Shown here in pieces: positions 19,467 through 28,072 of a DNA stretch of 64,000 nt. The DNA is from Candidatus Freyarchaeum deiterrae (lineage in GTDB: Archaea; Asgardarchaeota; Jordiarchaeia; Jordiarchaeales; Jordiarchaeaceae). The notes beneath the pieces were generated by a model. It ran no database searches and was not told where the DNA came from. It saw only the letters and a program-made list of their open reading frames with translations. The position numbers were made by a program, and so were the translations under genes. Position 1 is the stretch's first letter. Every line of letters begins with the position of its first letter. The DNA is taken from NCBI GenBank assembly GCA_037305845.1, contig CP147778.1:1888001-1952000 (forward strand), written 5' to 3'.

Positions 19467-20180
19467 ATGAGTGGAATAACTGCGTTCCAAGGGCGTATGA
19501 ATCAATTGCCGGCTACCTTATTAAGCCTTTTAGACCTCCAAGCTCCTAGCAGAATACCGCCAAAAATTGAGGGACTTCCTAAAAATCTTCAATCAAAGCA
19601 TATAATTTTCGCTATTTTCGACAACTTTGGTCTGCTGGAGTGCACTTATTACCAGCCAAAATTCCTAATAGGAAAATCAGAAGCAATATTAATGCTGGAC
19701 ACACCGAACCCCTACACGCGAAACATTATAAAAGAAATTGTTCGTGGGAATCCTAACGCCGATTTCAATCTTTTAAACTACATATCAGAACACGGACGCA
19801 AAGTAACACTAATCGCTAGACCCGATGATATTAAAGAAGTAGACGTGAAAGTGGAAACAAAACCAAGTGACTCCGACAATAGAACATACATTGAAACCGT
19901 TAAGATTCTTAACAGAACCGACTTTATCTGGATTCACTTTCTAGATTTTGAAACCCTCTACAAACAGTACAGCTTCAGACCCCCAGAAGAAATAACTCAA
20001 AAGCTAATCTCCCGCACAGACAGCTGGCTAAAAGTACTACACAAACAAGCCGCCCCAGGCAGTCTCTTAGCCGTTTTAGGCACACATGGGAGAGAGGAGG
20101 CGCCTAAAATAGAATACGAAGGAAAATACGCCGATTGGAAAAGAGCAAGTCTACCAATATGTATCATGATCAAAAAATAA
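19467..20180 (+). CDS. Alkaline-phosphatase/nucleotide-pyrophosphatase-fold protein (divergent)
   Basis: IIFAIFDNFG, WIHFLDFE, LGTHG motifs. SD-like GGTGGAG upstream. Confidence 0.55.
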   Translation: MSGITAFQGRMNQLPATLLSLLDLQAPSRIPPKIEGLPKNLQSKHIIFAIFDNFGLLECTYYQPKFLIGKSEAILMLDTPNPYTRNIIKEIVRGNPNADFNLLNYISEHGRKVTLIARPDDIKEVDVKVETKPSDSDNRTYIETVKILNRTDFIWIHFLDFETLYKQYSFRPPEEITQKLISRTDSWLKVLHKQAAPGSLLAVLGTHGREEAPKIEYEGKYADWKRASLPICIMIKK

Positions 20181-20208
20181 ACCTATAACTTATTACAGAA
20201 CACGCATA

Positions 20209-20883
20209 TTATTCATCAATCGGTTGCTTATTATCCGGTTTTATGATATTAGAAATGCTTTTAAGTTCTTCACGAATTTGTTCAATCTCTTCAGTTACAA
20301 AATTGATTTTTTCCTCTAATTTCCTATTCCACTCATAAACCTCTAATCCGATTCTATCTAAAGCAGTTGAATACGGCTCTTCGCCCCATTCCAAGTAATC
20401 AATAAAATTTTTAATTATCTTATCCTTCTCTAACAAAAGTTCGTACTCTAACGAGACAACCTCATCATCTTGAACTTGGAATATTTTAACTTCCGCATCG
20501 CCCGGACGCCCCGACATAATGAAATCATGTGGATCGACGACCAACGCTATACCCTGAGGGAACATTCCCTGAAGCCCAACTTGGGTTTCCACATCAATCG
20601 AAGAAAGAAAACAGCCGAACCCAGGATGGGAATGATACCAGCCTACAAGGTACTCACTTCTTCCCTGTCTCTCAATTTTCTCAGCAATAAGGGGCGCAAC
20701 AGTTGGCGCTAACTTCACGTGGCCTGGCGTACCAATCTGAGGCCCAGTGTCTGAATCAGTAACTTCAACCACATCACCTGTCAACTTTCCAATTAATACC
20801 CCTGCCACCTCTATTCCAGAGAATGATACACTATGCCTGAGAATCTTAGCGAGGGCTAAAGGATAAACCCTAACACTAACCAT
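20209..20883 (-). CDS. JAMM/MPN+ metallo-isopeptidase (Rpn11-like)
   Basis: EVAGVLIG ... VGWYHSHPGFGCFLSSIDVETQ ... ALVVDP. Confidence 0.93.
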   Translation of the reverse strand: MVSVRVYPLALAKILRHSVSFSGIEVAGVLIGKLTGDVVEVTDSDTGPQIGTPGHVKLAPTVAPLIAEKIERQGRSEYLVGWYHSHPGFGCFLSSIDVETQVGLQGMFPQGIALVVDPHDFIMSGRPGDAEVKIFQVQDDEVVSLEYELLLEKDKIIKNFIDYLEWGEEPYSTALDRIGLEVYEWNRKLEEKINFVTEEIEQIREELKSISNIIKPDNKQPIDE

Positions 20884-21090
20884 ATTAATTCACCACAAAA
20901 CAATCGAAGAATCAAGCACTAAACTTTACACTTAATTAGTTCGCGTATCAAAAGAAATTATCCCTTCCTATATCTGAGTTATCCGTCTATTTATTTCTCC
21001 CTCTTAAGAAGATTTTTTATTTCTCCCTTAATATAAAACTATGGTATTGATTGATACAAATAAGCTACCAAATCAAATGTTACATAAAAA

Positions 21091-21798
21091 ATGAGGAGAA
21101 ATCAGTTGTCTGGGAAGAACGTTTTACATGTATATTCCTGCTGTGATGTTGCCACCCCTGCAAAAATATCTAGTAAAATGTTTCAGGAAAAATACGATGC
21201 TGAAGTTGAATTCACAATTGGAATGCCCAATGAAATAATTCCCAAACTCGCAAGCACGCATGAAAGTGATGTCTTCACCTGCGGAGCGGCATACATAATG
21301 GATGAAGTGGAAAAAAGTGGTTTAATAACTAGACAGAACAGAAGAGTCCTAGGCTACAGAAGGTCATTAATATTAACACAAAAAAATAACCCCAAAAAAA
21401 TAAAATCTCTCACAGATCTGACAAAAAAGGACATAAAAATCGCTGTGTCAACTACAGGAAGCCTAAAGGGAGTTTGGGACGAAATCACCAGCAAAACTGG
21501 ACTAACAGAAAAAATACAGAAAAACATCACCCTATTCGCCGACGGATGCGGAGAACTATTAGGCTCAATTGTGCAAAAAAAAGTAGACGCTGCCTTCGGC
21601 TGGAATACCTATAAAGTTTTACACACAAAAGCTATTGATGCAGTTGAACTTTCCAAAGAAATACAAGTCTATAGAAGCACTCTAATAACAATTACCTCCT
21701 TCACGGAAAACAAAGAAACGGCGAACAAATTCATCAAATTTCTATTATCAAAAGAAGGAAAAAAAATATACACAAAATACGGATGGATAACCCCGTAA
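21091..21798 (+). CDS. ModA-like solute-binding-fold protein without evident signal peptide
   Basis: NPKKIKSLTDL, VDAAFGW, ANKFIKFLLSKEGKKIY.KYG. Confidence 0.75.
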   Translation: MRRNQLSGKNVLHVYSCCDVATPAKISSKMFQEKYDAEVEFTIGMPNEIIPKLASTHESDVFTCGAAYIMDEVEKSGLITRQNRRVLGYRRSLILTQKNNPKKIKSLTDLTKKDIKIAVSTTGSLKGVWDEITSKTGLTEKIQKNITLFADGCGELLGSIVQKKVDAAFGWNTYKVLHTKAIDAVELSKEIQVYRSTLITITSFTENKETANKFIKFLLSKEGKKIYTKYGWITP

Positions 21799-21945
21799 CT
21801 GAAACAAGCCCTCAAATAATATTAAAACAAGAAATCAAGTTACCTCTACTTAAGTCCTCTCCTTATGAGAAGACTTTAAATTGTTTATTCTCCCTTGATT
21901 ACATAATAAGTCAGAAATAAACTAACACCACGGGAGGTTCAACCT

Positions 21946-22191
21946 TTGATAGTGAGAGTGGTCCCGGCAATAGGCAATAGTACGCCGTTTGAGATGGAAG
22001 TTGGCATAGATGAGAAGGTAAAGTCGTTTAAGGAGAGAGTAGCTAAATCGATTTCGCTTCCTTCAAATGCGTTGACGCTTACGTGTAGAGGTATTGAATT
22101 ACAGAACGAGAACGCCACCTTGGGAAGCATAGGAATCCAGGATGGTGATAAAATATTCTATGTAAGTTCTGACATCGAAGGTGGTTTCTAA
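21946..22191 (+). CDS. Ubiquitin-like protein (ends GG-F)
   Basis: Beta-grasp pattern (GIELQ...TLGSIGIQDGD...IEGGF). SD GGGAGGT upstream. First gene of a Ub-E2-E1 run. Confidence 0.9.
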   Translation: MIVRVVPAIGNSTPFEMEVGIDEKVKSFKERVAKSISLPSNALTLTCRGIELQNENATLGSIGIQDGDKIFYVSSDIEGGF

Positions 22192-22299
22192 AAATACTTA
22201 ACTTGTCCTATTTCTCTGATTAAAAATTCTCTAGCGGCTTTTGATGAGTCGCAAGAACTTATTTTAACTATTACTAATGTTTCTCTGGGAGGTTCGTAA

Positions 22300-22779
22300 A
22301 CGTCTGCTCAACTTGATTCGGAGCGTTATTGGGCTAGACTCGCCTTGGAAGCGCAGCGAATGAGGAAGGAGGAGCCTAATTTTCATCCAGTGGATGGTAA
22401 GCTAACCCATTGGCGTGGAATAATATACGGCTTCGCTGGTGCACCCTATGAGGGTGGAATGTTTAAGGTAGAGATTAAAATTACTCGTGGCTTTCCTTTT
22501 GAACCGCCTCAGGTTTTGTGGCAAACTAGAATATGGCACCCTAACATTGCTTTCGGAGACCGGGCTCCGTTCTCGGTTTGTATAGCGATACTGGGGAGGG
22601 AGTGGAGACCTCAAACGAATATAGTTGGAATCATTGAATCTCTGAAGACCTTATTAACGAATCCCAATCCCGATAGTCCTCTTAACGCAGAAGCAGCTTA
22701 TCAGCAGCGACGCGAGCCGATGAAATTTCTTGAGAAAGCTAAAGAGTTTGTTTCAAATTACGCTAATAAGGGTTGGTAG
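22300..22779 (+). CDS. Ubiquitin-conjugating enzyme E2 (start probably ACG at 22300; ORF track uses TTG 22345)
   Basis: PYEGG.F, FPFEPPQV, HPNI, active-site VCIAIL, W.P, PNPDSPLN. Confidence 0.93.
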   Translation, partial: TSAQLDSERYWARLALEAQRMRKEEPNFHPVDGKLTHWRGIIYGFAGAPYEGGMFKVEIKITRGFPFEPPQVLWQTRIWHPNIAFGDRAPFSVCIAILGREWRPQTNIVGIIESLKTLLTNPNPDSPLNAEAAYQQRREPMKFLEKAKEFVSNYANKGW

Positions 22780-22830
22780 AAAATTAGCTTTCAATAAATT
22801 TTTGGATAAAAATTCGATTGGGGTTTTGAT

Positions 22831-23982
22831 ATGGAGGATCGTTACCATAGACAAAAACTTGTGAACGTTATGGGTGTTGCCTGGGATCAGGATAAGCTAC
22901 TGAATTCTACTGCTTTGATTGCGGGTATGGGCGCCTTGGGTTGTGAGTCCGCCAAAAACCTAGCTTTGATGGGACTTAAAAAACTGATTATAATTGATAA
23001 CGATGTTGTGGAACTCTCCAACCTAAGTAGACAAATGTTATTCCGAGATGGGGATATCGGTTCACCGAAAGTTGCGGCCGCTGAGCGTAATTTGATGGAG
23101 ATGAATCCAAATATAGAAGTGGAAAAATATTACGAAAGCATAGAGAACATTCCCATAGAAAAATATCAGGAGGCAGACATTTTTCTGAGTGGTCTGGATA
23201 ATTTTGAGGGTCGCCGCTACCTAAACTCGATAGCGATTACTCTAAACAAACCATTTGTCGACGCGGGAACACATGTTTTCTTTGGCCATGTGCGGGTAAT
23301 CATTCCCCGTGTAACGCCCTGTTATGAGTGCTATCCCCCTAAAGAGAAGCAGAGGGTTTGGTGTTCCCTTCGAAGACGCAAACCCAGCGATTTACTCAAT
23401 GAATTGAAGGAATACAGGATAAAAGGTTTAACAACTGGAATTGTAGACGAACTATTTTCAAGGGGCTACAAAACCGAACTTGATTTAAAATATGCCAAGC
23501 TGAAAGACTTAACCTCCATTCCAGGGATTTCTGAGAATCTGGCAAAAAAGATCCAAGAGAAGATAGCTCCAAAATTACCCGCCATTCTAACCACAAATGC
23601 CATAATTGCGGGAATTCAATCCCAAGAAGCAATAAAAGTTCTGCTCGGCTTCCCCAGAACCGCGGAGATGTTCAGATACAACGGACTCAGCGGGGGCCTC
23701 GACTACCTAAACAGAGAGCGAAGAGCTGACTGCTGGCTCTGCGGGACGGGAGAAGAAGCTACACAAATCAATGTTGATTCAAACTCCACAGTCTACGACC
23801 TCAAGGTACAGATATCCCAAAGATACGCAATACCCGACCCCGAAATAGCGTACAAGGAATACTTTCCCCTAGGCGAAGAACTCAGACTCAAAGATGTCGG
23901 AGCGAAATCTGGCGAAAACATATTCATAATATCGAGACATATAGCAACACCTAAAACGCTTAAGTTAAACCTCATAAAATAG
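22831..23982 (+). CDS. Ubiquitin-activating enzyme E1 (ThiF/UBA) with HhH insertion and C-terminal ubiquitin-fold domain
   Basis: GMGALG, D.VELSNLSRQ, LDNFEGR, PCYEC and CWLC zinc sites, candidate catalytic Cys in VWCSLR. Confidence 0.92.
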   Translation: MEDRYHRQKLVNVMGVAWDQDKLLNSTALIAGMGALGCESAKNLALMGLKKLIIIDNDVVELSNLSRQMLFRDGDIGSPKVAAAERNLMEMNPNIEVEKYYESIENIPIEKYQEADIFLSGLDNFEGRRYLNSIAITLNKPFVDAGTHVFFGHVRVIIPRVTPCYECYPPKEKQRVWCSLRRRKPSDLLNELKEYRIKGLTTGIVDELFSRGYKTELDLKYAKLKDLTSIPGISENLAKKIQEKIAPKLPAILTTNAIIAGIQSQEAIKVLLGFPRTAEMFRYNGLSGGLDYLNRERRADCWLCGTGEEATQINVDSNSTVYDLKVQISQRYAIPDPEIAYKEYFPLGEELRLKDVGAKSGENIFIISRHIATPKTLKLNLIK

Positions 23983-24020
23983 ATGAGTTCTAGTGAAGCT
24001 TAATGCTTCAATTTCTAAAT

Positions 24021-24593
24021 CTAAATTGGCGTATCACAAAGCACACAGGTTCTTTTATACCCTCGACTTATCCAGTTTTCAAAACAGTTTCTGTGATAAA
24101 GGCTCAGACATCTAGGATTTCTACACCGAATAGTGTTTTCATAATCTTGTACAGTAATTTTGTCCAAACATATAACACAAGTAGGTGGGGCAAAATTATT
24201 GAAAAATTCTAAAATAGATAAAGCGACTTCAAAAAGATGTCTATCAGGGTTCCAATTCCTGAGAGAAGGAAGATTTCCTAAATAGTTTTCCAGATTTAAA
24301 TCCATGTCCTCCCCACCGCTAGATATTTCTATTCTCGGTTTCATCTTTGGAAACTCTTCGGGAAGAGTTAGTTTAATAACTAAAACTTTTCCATAAAGTC
24401 TGGGTTTCGAGTATCTTGAGAAGGCAACCATTAGTTTGTATTCTCTGAGACTGGGAGTGTCCCTTAGAATTCTAATCGACACATACTCCGATCCGCTCAG
24501 AAGTACAGGTGAATTTTCCTTCATTCTTTGGAGTTCTTCAGCAAGTCTTTTTGAAACACTCTTATCCTTATCAATATCTCCCCTTTTTTCCAA
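24021..24593 (-). CDS. UBC/RWD-like domain plus C4HC3 RING (FANCL-like) candidate E3 ligase
   Basis: LPEEFPKMKPRI and LRNWNP (UBC-like, no Cys). CVIC...CRNPRC..YHRNC..W...CVLC. Confidence 0.75.
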   Translation of the reverse strand: MEKRGDIDKDKSVSKRLAEELQRMKENSPVLLSGSEYVSIRILRDTPSLREYKLMVAFSRYSKPRLYGKVLVIKLTLPEEFPKMKPRIEISSGGEDMDLNLENYLGNLPSLRNWNPDRHLFEVALSILEFFNNFAPPTCVICLDKITVQDYENTIRCRNPRCLSLYHRNCFENWISRGYKRTCVLCDTPI

Positions 24594-24871
24594 GACTGAC
24601 GCCCGCCTTGAATACGTTCATTAAATGATTCATCTTCATCGGGCTTACGTGCAAAAGCCTTTCTTTAAATGATTCCTCACAACCGAAAAAGTTGATTAAG
24701 AGGCTCCTCAGAAATCTCCAGGTTTAATGCCTTTGAGTTCACGTTCTAGTTTTTTGAAGAAAGGCTCAGGCTCGTTCATACCTCTATTGTTTTCATTAAT
24801 TTTAATGATAATGGATATAATCTTAAACCAAGACTATTCTACGCTTTTCAATTTTTTTAGCTTAAATGTTT

Positions 24872-25177
24872 TTACCTCATTGCATGTCTTGTGTATGCGA
24901 CTCCTATAGGTGTCAGGTCTACTGTGTTTCCTTCTGCGGCAATAAAGAAGATGCCTTTGAGGAATTGAAGATGGAAACCTAATGTTTTTTCATCTAGATT
25001 CAAACGGTTTGCTATTTCCTCTATTGTTAGAGCTTGATCCTTGAGCATTGTCAGAATTTCTCGCCTAATTGGATTTTGCAAGGCATGAAGAGCTCTCCTG
25101 TGCGCCTCGGTTGGGTCTCCTACCACTCCGCTCTCATCTAATTTTTGCTTCCAAGCATCAAGTTCCCCGTCACTCAT
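24872..25177 (-). CDS. ArsR-type winged-helix protein
   Basis: ALQNPIRREIL...TIEEIA...LGFHLQFL. Start taken at the Met at 25177. Confidence 0.8.
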   Translation of the reverse strand: MSDGELDAWKQKLDESGVVGDPTEAHRRALHALQNPIRREILTMLKDQALTIEEIANRLNLDEKTLGFHLQFLKGIFFIAAEGNTVDLTPIGVAYTRHAMR

Positions 25178-25608
25178 TTCTCTATAATTTTTCTTTCCCA
25201 AACAAATCACCATGTTCCTGATATTATCCAAAATACATGAACCAATTATTCAAGTAATTCCTCCAAAGATGTTACAATGTTTATCCAATTTCCCACTCAA
25301 AAAGCCCAAAGCCCATCGAAACTAACGAATTTACGTCTTCTTATCTTACATATTAATTTATTGAATTTACTATATTTTCTTACAGTACTACAGCAGAATA
25401 TAGTATTTCAGATTATTGACATATGCGCAGCATAAATGACTAGTCACGGAAATCGATGAAAGATTGGACGAATAATCACGAGTACTAATTTATAATATAA
25501 TCTCAGAAGAGGCGAGTGCAGACGTTAATTTTTTCTTATGAAACTGGAAGTATTTTTAAACTCTGTTTTTATCTTTTTTATTAGCATTTTATATGGTGTT
25601 TTTTAGGA

Positions 25609-26349
25609 GTGGTTCTAATGAGTGAGCACTATCTGGGATGGATTCTGAGAAATTTGGTCTTACCTGCGTTTCTTGAATTGAAAAATGAAAAATTCGATAC
25701 TCAGTTTGGTGAAATACCCAAAGATATGCTCGCGAATGTTAAAACCGTAGAGCTCAGAAAAGGTAGCAAAAGCGTTGCGAGAAAACATTTTATCACTATA
25801 AGTGAGAGACTGAGAGGATGGAGTGAAGACGAGGTTGCCGCGGTTATGGCTCACGAATTGGGACATCTGGTAAATCGAGGTTCTCTATTCAGAAATTTTC
25901 GTGACGAAGAACTGGGGGCATCAACGCAAGCTATCTCTAGAGGATTCCTAAATGGCTACAAAAAGATTTTTTCAAGATTTTGTAAAGAACCTTGTTGGGT
26001 TATTACTAGGACTGGAAACGGGTTTGAGCTTAGGAGTGAATGGAAACAACTAGGAGGAATTGGTTGTCAAGCGGGTTCTGGCGTTTTCCACACATATTGC
26101 CCCTTCGCTGAAGGTTTAAATCTCACCTCTATTGCTTATCTTCATCCTTTACTGTTTCCAACAAGCGGAATTTGTGGACTATGTAAAACAGTTCTAAATG
26201 ATGAAGTAACAACTTGGAAGTGTGAAACTTGTTCGGTTCTTTTTCATGAGGGTTGTATAAATGTTTATGTTCGGCTAAATGGTAAATGTCCCACTTGTGG
26301 AAAATTCGCTATTTTTCAAAAATCCGATCTAAATAACCGCTCCGTCTAG
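25609..26349 (+). CDS. HExxH zinc-metallopeptidase domain fused to C-terminal RING finger
   Basis: VMAHELGH, plus CGLC...CETC..FHEGC...CPTC. Confidence 0.7.
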   Translation: MVLMSEHYLGWILRNLVLPAFLELKNEKFDTQFGEIPKDMLANVKTVELRKGSKSVARKHFITISERLRGWSEDEVAAVMAHELGHLVNRGSLFRNFRDEELGASTQAISRGFLNGYKKIFSRFCKEPCWVITRTGNGFELRSEWKQLGGIGCQAGSGVFHTYCPFAEGLNLTSIAYLHPLLFPTSGICGLCKTVLNDEVTTWKCETCSVLFHEGCINVYVRLNGKCPTCGKFAIFQKSDLNNRSV

Positions 26350-26353
26350 GTCG

Positions 26354-26578
26354 CTAATCTCTTATTTTAACTTCACGTCCACACAGGGGGCATTTTTTAG
26401 AGTTTCTGGAACTCATCCAGTTTTTGAGTTCTTCCATGTGCATCATTTGGCGGCATTGCGTGCACTGATACACTTTTCCGCGGTCTTTAACTGGGTCGAT
26501 TTCTAGGGAGCAGATTAAGCAGTTCCATTTCCATTCTCCTAGGAAACGCTTAGTTAAAGTAATGTATCTTTCGCTCAT
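26354..26578 (-). CDS. Small RING-finger-like protein
   Basis: CLIC...CTQC...HMEE..W...CPLC, with one zinc ligand replaced by Glu. Confidence 0.7.
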   Translation of the reverse strand: MSERYITLTKRFLGEWKWNCLICSLEIDPVKDRGKVYQCTQCRQMMHMEELKNWMSSRNSKKCPLCGREVKIRD

Positions 26579-26692
26579 TTTTCTTTCTCCGAGAGCCTTA
26601 GAAATATTTTAGTATCTCCAATGTATAGTTTTCAACGAATGTTATTTAAAGTGTTTTCTGGGAGACAGTGTCCTCTATAAGGGGTTTGTATT

Positions 26693-28072
26693 ATGCCAAA
26701 GAGTAGACGAATAGGAGTAGATTACATCTCGACTCCCTTAGCTGATGTTCCCACAGTGGATGCTCTAGAAGATGTTGTGAACAGTATTAACAGCTTGAAG
26801 GATGAATTGGACTCTATTAAGGGGAACACCCCAGGTTTGAGTGGGGAACTCATAGAAAATGTTAAACAAAGCATTAGTGCCCTTACCCAAAGAATCAGTT
26901 CACTCGAAGGGGAAGGAAAAGAATCCTCCGGGAAACTGGATTCAATTAGTAGCGCACTTGCTGCATCCATCCTTCTAACACAAAGAGCTCAGCGTAAAGA
27001 AGAACCCGACTTTCAGGTTGTAATAAGGAAACCTGAAGAATTGGTGTTTACCTTTGACCATCTAGGAAACTATGACGATATAAAAACGCAGTTAGAAAAT
27101 TATGCTTCTTTGCTGAGAAAGATTCAAGATCTTAAATCCCAGGGAGCGAAACCGAATGGTAAATTACTCATACAAGGCAGGTCGGGAACTGGAAAAACCA
27201 CGCTGGTTTACGCTCTTGCTAAAGAATCTAAAGTCCCAATAATTGATTTTCAAAAGAGCTTAGCATCTGGATCACCGAATGATCTTATTCCCGGTATCCA
27301 TGCAATTTTCAAATTTATTCGTGAAAACCCAGATAATAAACCGCTCATTCTTTTTATTGATAATTTTGATGTTCTAACACAGAGCAGAGATTTATCCCAA
27401 CCTTCTACCCTTTCTGCCATGTTAGATGAACTGGATGCTACTAATTTATGCGACCACTCGGTACTGGTTATAGCAGCCACTAGTAGGCCTGACCTATTAG
27501 ACACCGCGGTCTGGACTAGATTCGACGATATAATTCGCGTTCCTCTCCCTGATAATAGGGCGAGAACAGAAATTCTACACGTACTACTATCCAGCCTTTT
27601 GTATGAGAAGAACATTGACTTTCCACAAATTTCCGAAGCCACAGAAAACTTTTCTGGAGCTGATCTTGAAAATCTCATTTTTCGTGCAGTGGTTTCACTT
27701 GAGAAGGGACGTAAAAAAGTATTGACAACGGATATTCTTCTAGAAATCGCTCATTCCATGAGAACAGAAATACTACAGAGAATAAGTGAAAAACCCAAAT
27801 TCCAAAAAAAGGACTTGCAAAGAGAAGAGAATTTTCAACAATATCTAGTTCAAGATATAATTACTAATGATAAGCAATACGAAAAACTGCTAACCGCTCT
27901 TACAAAACTCAAAGGCGGGGATCCTTTATCAAGCGATGAGGTAGCTATTGTGAAAAATTTTGAATTTTTAACCTCAAATCCCGAGAAAGGTATTGCTGTT
28001 TTAAAGGAGAAGCGAGATAGGCTCCAGAAGGTTCAGGGAACAATGCAGAAGATGCGGGGTGCAAGAACTTGA
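26693..28072 (+). CDS. AAA+ ATPase with N-terminal coiled coil and degenerate Walker B
   Basis: GRSGTGKT, LFIDNFD, AATSRPDLLDTA..RFD, FSGADL. Stop overlaps the smc start (TTGA). Confidence 0.85.
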   Translation: MPKSRRIGVDYISTPLADVPTVDALEDVVNSINSLKDELDSIKGNTPGLSGELIENVKQSISALTQRISSLEGEGKESSGKLDSISSALAASILLTQRAQRKEEPDFQVVIRKPEELVFTFDHLGNYDDIKTQLENYASLLRKIQDLKSQGAKPNGKLLIQGRSGTGKTTLVYALAKESKVPIIDFQKSLASGSPNDLIPGIHAIFKFIRENPDNKPLILFIDNFDVLTQSRDLSQPSTLSAMLDELDATNLCDHSVLVIAATSRPDLLDTAVWTRFDDIIRVPLPDNRARTEILHVLLSSLLYEKNIDFPQISEATENFSGADLENLIFRAVVSLEKGRKKVLTTDILLEIAHSMRTEILQRISEKPKFQKKDLQREENFQQYLVQDIITNDKQYEKLLTALTKLKGGDPLSSDEVAIVKNFEFLTSNPEKGIAVLKEKRDRLQKVQGTMQKMRGART

